Virus record (IMG/VR): IMGVR_UViG_3300010384_000002
Reading direction: 5' to 3' (one strand)
Length of the DNA: 64,000 nucleotides
Source of the DNA: a virus
Part shown: positions 18,892-27,159 of the stretch, one piece after another
Numbering within the stretch: the stretch's first letter is position 1
Layout: the number at the start of each line of letters is the position of its first letter
Notes under the pieces: model-generated
Seen by the model: only the letters and a program-made list of their open reading frames with translations
Told to the model about the DNA's origin: nothing
Database searches by the model: none
Program-made: the position numbers and the translations under genes

Positions 18892-19128
18892 TTATGCCGG
18901 GCGGTTGATAAATGCGTCGAAGCGCAGCGCGTACGCCGATTCGACGTCCACGACGCGGCCGGCAAGCGCTTCTTCCGCATGAAAGGCGCTGATCAGCTCG
19001 ACGCGGCGGTCGACGGCCGACAGGCGCGTGCAGTACTCCTCCAGCGACAGCGGGATTTCCTCGTTTTCCAGCGCGCCTTGTGCGGCGCCCTCGTCATTGG
19101 TGGCGGTTTTGGGCATCTGTTTCCTCAT
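18892..19128 (-). CDS. Small hypothetical protein
   Basis: MRKQMPKTATNDEGAAQGALENEEIPLSLEEY... The internal ATG 19116 has the better SD (AGGAAA). The track ORF to 19419 is over-extended. Confidence 0.55.
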   Translation of the reverse strand: MRKQMPKTATNDEGAAQGALENEEIPLSLEEYCTRLSAVDRRVELISAFHAEEALAGRVVDVESAYALRFDAFINRPA

Positions 19129-19133
19129 GAAAG

Positions 19134-19967
19134 TCAGAATTGATAAAAATCTGCCTCGGCATCCGTCACCACCGGGGAACGGACCTCCACAGCAGCGGGA
19201 GCGATACAGTTGATCGTGCAAGTGGCCTGATACATCGGCATCTGGTAGGTGTTCATGTCGTCGACGTCCGCGAAGGACGGCTCGATCAGCGACATGCCGG
19301 CATCCTCGAAGATCGGCAGGTTGGCCAGCATCACGGCCTTGAGGGCCTTGCGCAGCGCGATGCGGGCGTCGCCGTTGTTGCTCCACACGATGACGAGGAT
19401 CGAGTGGCGCGACAGCCATCCCTCGCTCGAACCGACCTCGATGTCATCCCCGATCCCCAGCACCTCATCGGGCGCCAGGATCTCGCCCACGAAGCGGTCG
19501 GCCGGGGCATCGTTCTGCTGGTGCACGCTGACGAACGGGAATGAGCAGTCCTCCAGCGCCGGCGTGGCCAGCAGCACGGGAATGTGGTTGTTCGGGTGGC
19601 GCAGCACGCCGCGCGTGCGCAGGGCCTCTAGGCCCGCGTCCAGGCGCTGCTGCACGAGCTCCAGGGGATCGCACGAGATGTCCGCGAACGTGGCCGCCGG
19701 CGTGACGGCGCGCGAGTCGGCGGCGACCCAGGCGTCGTCGACGAGGTAGAACGGGCGATAGAAGTACTGCGTGCCGTTGGCCAGGGCGGCCGTGTCGATG
19801 AACTGGCGCGCCAGGCCGTCGAACACCACGTTCGAGCCCGGATCGTCGGCGGCCGCGATGGTGTCCGCGCGCTTGCGCAGCACGCGGCAGCGCACCGCCT
19901 CGTCGGGCGGCGCCAGGAACACCTGCACGGCATTGCCGGCGGCCAGGGGAGCGATGTACGTGATCAT
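19134..19967 (-). CDS. Hypothetical neck/tail-completion module protein
   Basis: The likely start is MITYIAPLAAGN at ATG 19967, 15 nt downstream of a GTCGTGAC motif. The track start GTG 20021 would place the motif inside the gene. Confidence 0.6.
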   Translation of the reverse strand: MITYIAPLAAGNAVQVFLAPPDEAVRCRVLRKRADTIAAADDPGSNVVFDGLARQFIDTAALANGTQYFYRPFYLVDDAWVAADSRAVTPAATFADISCDPLELVQQRLDAGLEALRTRGVLRHPNNHIPVLLATPALEDCSFPFVSVHQQNDAPADRFVGEILAPDEVLGIGDDIEVGSSEGWLSRHSILVIVWSNNGDARIALRKALKAVMLANLPIFEDAGMSLIEPSFADVDDMNTYQMPMYQATCTINCIAPAAVEVRSPVVTDAEADFYQF

Positions 19968-20039
19968 GGAACGAATGATCCCGTCACGACTCAGCGCGGT
20001 GCTATTGACGAGTCCGCGCACTGCGGATTATTGTCAGGT

Positions 20040-20807
20040 ATGCAATCTGGAATCTACCTCATCACCTGCCGCCGGCCCGGTGCGCTGCCGCTTTACTACG
20101 TAGGACAGTCCCAAGGGTGCGAAAAGCGATTTGCCCAACACCACGCAGACCTCCGAAGCGGCCGGCATGCCAATAAACACATGCAATCGGCTTTTGTTAA
20201 ATACGGAGAGACATCATTCACGATGGAAGTCCTAGAGCATGTGGAGGCCGCTGATCTAAATCATGCAGAACAATGGTGGTTAGACGAAATGGTTGGGTAT
20301 GCGCGAACTCTAAACGTAGGTATTGATGCGACTAGCGGAATGCGTGGAAGATCGCACACTGCAGAATCAAAATACAAATTATCGCAAAAGAGTAAACAGA
20401 AAAAGCTGTCGCCCGAGCATTTGAAGGCGCTCATCTTAGGTGGGGTAAATAGAACCCGGCCGCCAGAAGAAGTTGAGCGGCGACGAATGGCGCAACAAGG
20501 TCGAATATTTTCCGACGAACACAGGAAGCGAATGTCAGCTGCTGCGAAAGACAGGAGGGCCAGCGATGAGCACAGGGAAAATATATCTAAAGCAATGAAA
20601 GCAAACCACCCAATGGCAGGAATAAATCGTTCCAATCACCCCTTATCGAAAAAGGTGATTGGAACGAATAAGCTCACTGGAGAGGAAATAACTTTTGGCA
20701 GCACGCAATGCGCAAAGGATGCCGGCTTTTCTGGATCATGCATTTCATTGGCGTGCAATGGAAAGCTGAAAAGTCACAAAGGATACACGTGGCGCTATGC
20801 TATGTGA
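20040..20807 (+). CDS. GIY-YIG homing endonuclease with NUMOD3 repeats and C-terminal DNA-binding module
   Basis: GIYLITC...YYVGQS...R..H motif. It has three to four SxEHRxK(I/M)S NUMOD3-like repeats and a C-terminal ...SHKGYTWRY. About 45% GC versus about 65% for the flanks. It is on the opposite strand to the surrounding operon. Confidence 0.85.
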   Translation: MQSGIYLITCRRPGALPLYYVGQSQGCEKRFAQHHADLRSGRHANKHMQSAFVKYGETSFTMEVLEHVEAADLNHAEQWWLDEMVGYARTLNVGIDATSGMRGRSHTAESKYKLSQKSKQKKLSPEHLKALILGGVNRTRPPEEVERRRMAQQGRIFSDEHRKRMSAAAKDRRASDEHRENISKAMKANHPMAGINRSNHPLSKKVIGTNKLTGEEITFGSTQCAKDAGFSGSCISLACNGKLKSHKGYTWRYAM

Positions 20808-21606
20808 GATGGGCAATTGCCTGCTCAAAGACTTTCGGCGCATCCAGCGCAATACCATCTCGGACTTTTTTCGCAATATATTGCCCAGGTTGGGCCGGGA
20901 TGATCCATCCCGTGCTTTTCTCCGACATCACCCTGAACGTCATATAGGTTGAAGATTTGCCCTTGCCGGCGGCAGTCGAAAATCTCACCATGCTCGCGTA
21001 CGGGTCCGTGACGTGATACGGCTGGAGCTTCGGTGCGAGGCCCGCCGGCAGCCGTGCGCCCCACGAGTACTGCTGCTGCGGCACCGTGATCGGTTTCTTG
21101 CTCTTGAGGCCGATCGCGCCGGTACCGGACAGCCGCGACACCGTGCCGGTGATGACCGACGGGTCCAGGCGCTTGGCCTTCTTGTACACGTCCGCCGGCA
21201 TGGCTGGCGCCAGCGCGATGTTCCCAGGAGTATTGTGCCGGAATGGGATTATGAGGTAGCGAGTCCCATCCTTTTTCGACACCCTGACCCGGAGCGACGT
21301 GTCGAGCATGCGCTTGAGGTCGCGCGCCGGGCGGCCCGTCTCGATCTCCTCGGCCTTGTCGTACGTGGCCGACACCACTGCCTCGAAATCGCTGGTCATC
21401 AGCCAGTTGATGGACTCGATGTAGGCCTGCTTCTCGCCGTTCCACAGCTTGGCCTTGGCCACGCCGTCCTTCCAGCGGTAGACCGTCTCCGATGCCACCG
21501 CCTTGACGGCCTGATGGACGGTGGGCAGCACGTAAGCGTTGATCGCGCTGCCCAGGCCGCCCATCAGCTCGGACAGGTCGATGCGGATCTGGTACTGGGA
21601 CGCCAT
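20800..21606 (-). CDS. Hypothetical virion-module protein
   Basis: The real start is MASQYQIRIDLSELMGG at ATG 21606, in an ATGA overlap. The last ~65 codons (20808-21000) drop to about 52% GC. Confidence 0.65.
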   Translation of the reverse strand: MASQYQIRIDLSELMGGLGSAINAYVLPTVHQAVKAVASETVYRWKDGVAKAKLWNGEKQAYIESINWLMTSDFEAVVSATYDKAEEIETGRPARDLKRMLDTSLRVRVSKKDGTRYLIIPFRHNTPGNIALAPAMPADVYKKAKRLDPSVITGTVSRLSGTGAIGLKSKKPITVPQQQYSWGARLPAGLAPKLQPYHVTDPYASMVRFSTAAGKGKSSTYMTFRVMSEKSTGWIIPAQPGQYIAKKVRDGIALDAPKVFEQAIAHLT

Positions 21607-22235
21607 CAGCTGTTGGAGTACATGTCGAAGCGGCGCAGCACCACCTTGCGCGGCAGCGCGGCGCCGGCGTGGTGCGGGCGGTCCCACGCCGTGCTCGGGA
21701 ATGCGTAGTACTCGGCGCGGCGCCGGCCGGTGATGGAGAACGTGACGCCGTCGGGCAGCTCGACGCCCGACCAGTCCAGGGTGCCATCGGACATGATCAG
21801 CGGCAGCGGCGCGTCGACGACGTTATCGCCATCGATGTACAGTACGGTCTCGAGCTCGACCACCGCGAACCGGATCACCTCGTTGACGCCCTTGACGATG
21901 TTCTGGCTGAACGGTTCGGTGCGGTTCAGGAACAGCACGCGGTCGAATGGGCCGATCGCGTACATGGGCGAATCCGACGGCACGGATACGACGATGTCGC
22001 CCTCGGCGTACATGCCGAAGTTCACCCATTGCTTCTGCACGCTGCCGCCGGCGACGCCCGTACGCGCCGCGACCTCGGCCATCCAGATGCGCCCCTTGCC
22101 GTCGCAATGCGGGCACGTGAACGCGGCCTGCCCCGAGTTCGGGTTGACGCACGGGCAGGCGCGCGCGCGGCGCCACATGACGTCCTGCCCGATGTTATTG
22201 AGGAAGGCGTTAAATTCGCTCGGCTCGAAGTTCAC
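21606..22235 (-). CDS. Hypothetical virion-module protein with CxC...CxxC motif
   Basis: ARACPCVNPNSGQAAFTCPHCDGKG. The start is either GTG 22235 (GTGA overlap) or GTG 22247. Confidence 0.6.
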   Translation of the reverse strand: MNFEPSEFNAFLNNIGQDVMWRRARACPCVNPNSGQAAFTCPHCDGKGRIWMAEVAARTGVAGGSVQKQWVNFGMYAEGDIVVSVPSDSPMYAIGPFDRVLFLNRTEPFSQNIVKGVNEVIRFAVVELETVLYIDGDNVVDAPLPLIMSDGTLDWSGVELPDGVTFSITGRRRAEYYAFPSTAWDRPHHAGAALPRKVVLRRFDMYSNS

Positions 22236-22987
22236 AGCACACCCCACACCGGACCGTTCATCTTCTGTTTCAGCACCTTCAGTTCCTCGTCCAGCTCCTC
22301 GCGGAATTTGCCGGCGTCCAGGCTCTTGGACTGCGACAGGCCGTCACCGGAGATGGAGGCCGACTGCGGCGCGAATTTCAGGTAGCGCAGCATAGCCATG
22401 CGCATGATCAGGTCCATGATGGCGGGCATGTACGGGCTGTCCGGCGTGAGGCCGGCGCGGTAGCGCACGCGCACCAGCTGCGGCACGTTGCCGCCGCGCG
22501 CCATGATATTGGCCGTAATCAGGGACGGCGCCATGACGCCGGCCATCGTCGGCTGCGGCGCGAACTGAATGATGCCGGCCTTGAGGTCGGGGTAAATCCA
22601 GTCCTTCGGCACCTCGTAAATCGTCTCGTTCAGGCTCGGGTAGACGAACTTGACTGAGACGACCTCGATCAGCGGCCGGCGCGCGATCTTGATGGTGCCC
22701 CACTGGAACGTGCCGAGCATGGCGCTGTCCAGATCGTAGCCGGGTTCCACCTCCCAGCGGCGTCCGCCCAGTGCGGCGATTTCGTCGGACGTGGGCGGAA
22801 CCAGGGGGAACACTTCGACAGGTTCCAGGGACACGCCCAGGCGCGTGGCCACGTCGACCTCGGCCGCCTGCAGATTGCGCCAGATCGAGGATTCGCCAGG
22901 TTTGATGCCGCCCAGCAGGCCGACGATCAGCGGCAGGCGTTCGTTCTGCATCTCCTCGATGGCCTGCTTGGAATCCAGTATTGACAT
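22232..22987 (-). CDS. Hypothetical head-tail connector module protein
   Basis: 251-aa ORF with real composition, located in the structural operon. Confidence 0.6.
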   Translation of the reverse strand: MSILDSKQAIEEMQNERLPLIVGLLGGIKPGESSIWRNLQAAEVDVATRLGVSLEPVEVFPLVPPTSDEIAALGGRRWEVEPGYDLDSAMLGTFQWGTIKIARRPLIEVVSVKFVYPSLNETIYEVPKDWIYPDLKAGIIQFAPQPTMAGVMAPSLITANIMARGGNVPQLVRVRYRAGLTPDSPYMPAIMDLIMRMAMLRYLKFAPQSASISGDGLSQSKSLDAGKFREELDEELKVLKQKMNGPVWGVL

Positions 22988-23006
22988 GTTTTATCCGATG
23001 AGAAAG

Positions 23007-23990
23007 TTACAGAATCAGCGTCTCATTTGCGGCCAATGTTCGAATGTTCCCATTGACCAGCACCAGCGGCACGCCCTCGTCGGCAACACGTTGCTGGATG
23101 CGACCCATGTACAGAACCAGCGGCTTGTTGTTCGTGCCGACCAGCGCGTCGACGATTTGCGTAATCTGCGCCCCCACCATGATCAATGCGCGCTGCGTCG
23201 CGGTCGTATTTGGAATCCACATGCGGCGGGAAGATGCCTTGAACAACTGCCACGGGTTGTCGGCGAGCGATACCATTTCCGCGTCCGTCAGTGCTCTCAC
23301 CCATACCACGACGAGCATCAGCCCGCCGGTGTTCCACAGCTGGGTTCCCGTCTGACGAGACCCGACTCGTAGCGCTATGCTGACAGTGGGGGTAACCGGG
23401 GTTCCCGTCAGCGCAACGCCGGGAATGAGCGTGCCGTTCTGGAAAGCTGCTGTTCTCGTGGGCGAGACCACTCCGCCCATGGTGAAGCCTCGTGACATTT
23501 CTGCCAGCGTCAGAGCCACCGGGGAGGTTGCCCGTCCAGTGGGGGAGTTGCTGGAGTTAAACGGGATCAGGTCTACCTTGCCGCTGTCTACTCGAAACTG
23601 GAAATACCGGCCCGCAGAGTTATCCATGTCCAGTGCAGACTGGGTATTGGAAGTTGATGTGCAGCTTCCTACCGCGAACAGAGAGTAGCTCGGGGAATCA
23701 ATCGCCCCCCTGGTCGTTAAGTCGTACATCGCTCCGGTTCCAGCAGCGATTCGCCCTCCCGTACCGAGGGGTGTGTTGAATTGGACTACATTCGCCGATG
23801 CGTACGGGACGGTAGATCGCGTAACTGTGCCTGCGCTCCCATCCGTAAAGGCGTAGAAGCCATACGCCGCATCCGAGTGCACCAGGCAGACGGTCATATC
23901 CCGTGCGATCGGGTTATCCCAGTCGATGTTCACAGCCTCTCCTGGCAGAGGCTGTGTCGTACGAACACGGCGCTTTACTGGCGTGACCAT
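23007..23990 (-). CDS. LamG/concanavalin-like domain protein
   Basis: 327 aa. The motif VVVWVRALTDAEMVSLADNPWQLF is typical of LamG-type lectin-fold phage proteins. GC is lower here (about 55-60%). Confidence 0.55.
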   Translation of the reverse strand: MVTPVKRRVRTTQPLPGEAVNIDWDNPIARDMTVCLVHSDAAYGFYAFTDGSAGTVTRSTVPYASANVVQFNTPLGTGGRIAAGTGAMYDLTTRGAIDSPSYSLFAVGSCTSTSNTQSALDMDNSAGRYFQFRVDSGKVDLIPFNSSNSPTGRATSPVALTLAEMSRGFTMGGVVSPTRTAAFQNGTLIPGVALTGTPVTPTVSIALRVGSRQTGTQLWNTGGLMLVVVWVRALTDAEMVSLADNPWQLFKASSRRMWIPNTTATQRALIMVGAQITQIVDALVGTNNKPLVLYMGRIQQRVADEGVPLVLVNGNIRTLAANETLIL

Positions 23991-24469
23991 TACGTGTACT
24001 GGGCCGTCACACCCAGGCCTTTAAGCGTCCAGCCGCTGTTGATCGTAACGCCAGAACGATTGATGATATAGACGTTGTACACGAATGGCTTCAGCAAAAC
24101 ATCGCCGGACTGCAGCACGAGCGAAGCGCCGGCCGTCGGTGTTTTTGGGAACACAAATACCCCTGCCCGCAGCTGGAACGGAATGTAGGAGGCACCGGCC
24201 GTCACATCGATGTCCGGGAACGTGACCCCGCCGTCGATGGACGGCACCAGATAGAGGTCAGCCGCAGTGGAGCCCGCCACCAGGCCCGTGGTTGTTGCCA
24301 CCGCTGCGGTCAGGGAAAATGCGGCCTCCAATGCCTGCGCAAACCCGGCAGTACCGCTATCGCGGCAGTCAATTTGAGCCGCAAGACCTGCCGAACCTCC
24401 GGTAAGCGCGGAGCCCGTGGTGGTGAGAACATTAAGCGCGCCCTCTTTCCATTTAATAGTTCCTGCCAT
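23990..24469 (-). CDS. Hypothetical structural-module protein
   Basis: The likely start is MAGTIKWKEG at ATG 24469 (ATGA overlap). The track start is 24481. Confidence 0.55.
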   Translation of the reverse strand: MAGTIKWKEGALNVLTTTGSALTGGSAGLAAQIDCRDSGTAGFAQALEAAFSLTAAVATTTGLVAGSTAADLYLVPSIDGGVTFPDIDVTAGASYIPFQLRAGVFVFPKTPTAGASLVLQSGDVLLKPFVYNVYIINRSGVTINSGWTLKGLGVTAQYT

Positions 24470-24924
24470 CATGCGCTCCAAGCATCGAGGATTTGTCGGG
24501 TAGATGGCACTGGGATACCCAGCGCTTCGGCCCGACTGGCCGGCACCGTGGCCAGCTGATAAAGGGCATCCACTTCCGCCTGCGTCACAATGCCGGACGT
24601 AACCCAGGCAGCCAACATGTCTTGCAGATCCGTGCTTTCAAGATGAATCGGATCTCCGCATGCAAAAGAGTCGCGAATTACCAGACACGAGGCCCGGCAC
24701 GGATGGTCAACACTATTGCCCACGTCGACAATGCGGGCGTACGGTCCGAGCGCCGCCCACGCCTTTGCCGTGGTTGTGCGCAGCGGTCCAACCATGGTTG
24801 TTGACTGTTCAGACAGCAGGTGAACGACGCGCGCAGGGTCGTCCGGGAGGTGAGCTGCGTAACCACGCCCCTCCGGGTCCGCAATCAATTCAGCGCGCAA
24901 GGCGCTTTGCTGTTCAGGCGTCAT
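24469..24924 (-). CDS. Hypothetical protein
   Basis: 151-aa ORF with coupled starts and stops. Confidence 0.55.
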   Translation of the reverse strand: MTPEQQSALRAELIADPEGRGYAAHLPDDPARVVHLLSEQSTTMVGPLRTTTAKAWAALGPYARIVDVGNSVDHPCRASCLVIRDSFACGDPIHLESTDLQDMLAAWVTSGIVTQAEVDALYQLATVPASRAEALGIPVPSTRQILDAWSA

Positions 24925-24927
24925 GAC

Positions 24928-25518
24928 TTAGGCCAGCGTGATCGGATCGAACGACTGGAAGTTGATCGCGGTGGCCGATACAGCAAAGCCGAGCTTCTGC
25001 ACCACGTTGCCCGAGGCGGTCGGCGCTGCGGCGCCCGCTTTGCCTGCGGTGGTCTGCAGGAACACCTTGCCCGCCGTCTGGCCGGTCACCTGCGTGTTGG
25101 TGCCTTCAAAGTAGACGGTTGCCGTCGCGCCCTGTGCAACTGCGGCCAGGACGAAGCCGTGCGCCTCTTTGCCGGCGACAGTTGCATCCGCCTTGCGCAC
25201 CTTCGGGCCAGAGCTGTCGAACACGTTGACGAAGTCGCCGGCGGCCAGCGCCTCGGATGCGGAGATTGCCGCCGTATCGGCACCGATGCCGGTCGGCATG
25301 ACGGTCGGGTCCAGGCGGCCCGAGCCATCCAGCTGGACGATCTTGCCGGCAGCCGAGCTAACGGTTGCGTTCAAGATCGTCGGGTCCAGCACGCCGCTGG
25401 CATTCAGCGCCGGCACCTTGTCCGCATCGCCTGCGCCAGCCGAGGTGATAACGGCGGCCTCCTCCGTGAGTTGGCCACTGACATTTTTCAGAAATTTTTT
25501 GGTCGAATTGGTGCCCAC
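24928..25518 (-). CDS. DUF2190-like (head decoration/cement-like) protein
   Basis: The C-terminal half, AAGDFVNVFDSSGPKVRKADATVAGKEAHGFVLAAVAQGATATVYFEG, resembles the DUF2190 family. Confidence 0.5.
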   Translation of the reverse strand: MGTNSTKKFLKNVSGQLTEEAAVITSAGAGDADKVPALNASGVLDPTILNATVSSAAGKIVQLDGSGRLDPTVMPTGIGADTAAISASEALAAGDFVNVFDSSGPKVRKADATVAGKEAHGFVLAAVAQGATATVYFEGTNTQVTGQTAGKVFLQTTAGKAGAAAPTASGNVVQKLGFAVSATAINFQSFDPITLA

Positions 25519-25529
25519 TTATGGCTCCT

Positions 25530-26003
25530 TTAGGCGGTGAGAACGATTGGCTCGCGAAGATTCACGAGCAGTACGGTGCTGGAGATAGGGAACCCCACCA
25601 CCATGGAAAATTTCGATTCCGGCAGGGCCGGCGCCTGCTGCGTGAGCAAGCCGTCGATGCCCAGGTAGACCGGCTTGCTGGCATCCCAGGCCCATGACGG
25701 CTCCTCGATCTGGTCGAAGTTCTGGACGCGGCAATCCGCGTCGACGTCGACCGCGCCCAGCGTGATGCCGACCACCCGACCCATGTGCGACAGGTCCGCA
25801 GCGCTGGCATACACCAGCTTGCCGGCGGCGTTGAGCGTGACGACGCGGTGCCCGCCGATCGCGATGCCGGCGGGGTATTCGAGGGTCGTGCCGCCGGGCG
25901 CTCCCGGCTTGCCTTGTGGGCCGGCGATGCCCGGCAGGCCCTGTTTGCCACCCTGCGAAACGATGCGGATGCGATCGCGAGCGACTACAAGCAAATTACT
26001 CAT
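25530..26003 (-). CDS. Collagen-like repeat protein with DUF2190-like C-terminus
   Basis: The real start is MSNLLVVARD at ATG 26003. It has a GKQGLPGIAGPQGKPGAPGG stretch (six G-X-Y triplets), then a beta-rich domain. Confidence 0.55.
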   Translation of the reverse strand: MSNLLVVARDRIRIVSQGGKQGLPGIAGPQGKPGAPGGTTLEYPAGIAIGGHRVVTLNAAGKLVYASAADLSHMGRVVGITLGAVDVDADCRVQNFDQIEEPSWAWDASKPVYLGIDGLLTQQAPALPESKFSMVVGFPISSTVLLVNLREPIVLTA

Positions 26004-26370
26004 TGATCGTCTGTGCCCCCTCAAAAGAAACCTTGAACTTGAACAGGCAGTCGGTATCCCCGTTCGGGTAGAGCAGGAAGAAATCGGCCACACCCGCGCC
26101 GGTGGTGAACTGCATGGCCGCCGTCGCCGCGCTGGGAATGTAGAGGTCGATGTCGCCCGGCGCGCCGTTGAGGACGATGCCGCCGTTCTCGGTCGAAAGA
26201 TCGTGGATCAGCGCGCCGTTGAGGGCATCGCGGATCTGCATGTGCGCGCGGAAGCCGGTCAGGTCATACGGCTGCTTGAACCGATCCTGAAAGTTGAACC
26301 ACAGGCGGAACGTCGCCCCCTGCTTGATCAGGATGTCGATGACGGGAATGTCGTTTTCAGAGGTAGGCAT
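25996..26370 (-). CDS. Hypothetical protein
   Basis: 124-aa ORF preceded by a terminator and a GTCGTGAC motif. Confidence 0.55.
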   Translation of the reverse strand: MPTSENDIPVIDILIKQGATFRLWFNFQDRFKQPYDLTGFRAHMQIRDALNGALIHDLSTENGGIVLNGAPGDIDLYIPSAATAAMQFTTGAGVADFFLLYPNGDTDCLFKFKVSFEGAQTINE

Positions 26371-26422
26371 GGCTGTATCCAGGGCTCGCGCGAATCACAT
26401 TGATCATGGCGTCACGACCATG

Positions 26423-26452
26423 AAAAAGGGCGAGCCAACGGCCCGCCCTTTT
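26423..26452 (-). terminator. Intrinsic terminator after gene 26473..27090
   Basis: Minus-sense AAAAGGGCG-GGCCGTTGGCT-CGCCCTTTTT. Confidence 0.7.
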
Positions 26453-26472
26453 CGCCACCCCAGGATCGGGAA

Positions 26473-27090
26473 TTACTTCGTGGCGCCCGGCTTGCGGCCA
26501 GCCTTCTTGGCGGCAGCATCCGCGCCCGCCGCATCGCCGGCGTCGCCCGCATCGCCGGCCGGGCCCTGTTGCGCGTCGCCGCCAGCGCCTGCGGTGTCGC
26601 CCGTCGCACCGGCGCCTTCGCCCGCGCCCTGGTCGCCGCCGACGGCTTCCGTGGTTGCAACAGCCTTTGCGGCGGCCAGCTGGGCCGCCAGCCGGCCGGC
26701 CAAGCCGGTATCGCCCAGCAGAACCGGGTTCGGATCGAACGGGCTGGTGGCCTGCAGGTTCAGCACGCTGCCGTCCGGCAGGGGGATATTCATGCTCAGC
26801 ACGCCGTCATCGCCCACGGTGCCGGTAATCGCCGGGATCGTGCCGCCGAACACCTTGGCGAAGGGGGAAACATCGACGGCCGGGGCGCTCGATGCCGCGA
26901 CCAGCTGGGCCGCGTCGTTGGTGGCTTCCTCGGCGCCCATGATCTGGAAGCCAGGGATGGACAGGAAGATGTCGAGCATGTCGCCTTCGACCGGCTCGAC
27001 GGACACCATGCGGCCGTTCTCGTGGCGTGCGAAGTGGACGCCGTTGACGTTTTCGGAGGTGTTCGGGTGGGTGCTTTCGATGAAATGCAT
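26473..27090 (-). CDS. Hypothetical protein with acidic G/D/A low-complexity tail
   Basis: 205 aa. The C-terminus is GGDQGAGEGAGATGDTAGAGGDAQQGPAGDAGDAGDAAGADAAAKKAGRKPGATK. It lies between two intrinsic terminators. Confidence 0.6.
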   Translation of the reverse strand: MHFIESTHPNTSENVNGVHFARHENGRMVSVEPVEGDMLDIFLSIPGFQIMGAEEATNDAAQLVAASSAPAVDVSPFAKVFGGTIPAITGTVGDDGVLSMNIPLPDGSVLNLQATSPFDPNPVLLGDTGLAGRLAAQLAAAKAVATTEAVGGDQGAGEGAGATGDTAGAGGDAQQGPAGDAGDAGDAAGADAAAKKAGRKPGATK

Positions 27091-27115
27091 TTTTAATTCC
27101 TATGAATTTGGACGT

Positions 27116-27143
27116 AAAAAAGTGGGGCGCGCAGCCCCACTTT
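27116..27143 (-). terminator. Intrinsic terminator after the capsid gene
   Basis: Minus-sense AAAGTGGGGC-TGCGC-GCCCCACTTTTTT. Confidence 0.8.
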
Positions 27144-27159
27144 CACACCGATCAGCCGA

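Noticed and set aside
26480-26640. A GC-rich, short-period repetitive stretch (gcatcgccggcgtcgcccgcatcgccggcc...) that could be taken for a tandem-repeat or CRISPR-like element.
   Set aside because: It is in frame within gene 26473..27090 and encodes a G/D/A low-complexity tail. There is no repeat-spacer architecture. No CRISPR array, tRNA or rRNA was seen anywhere in the window.
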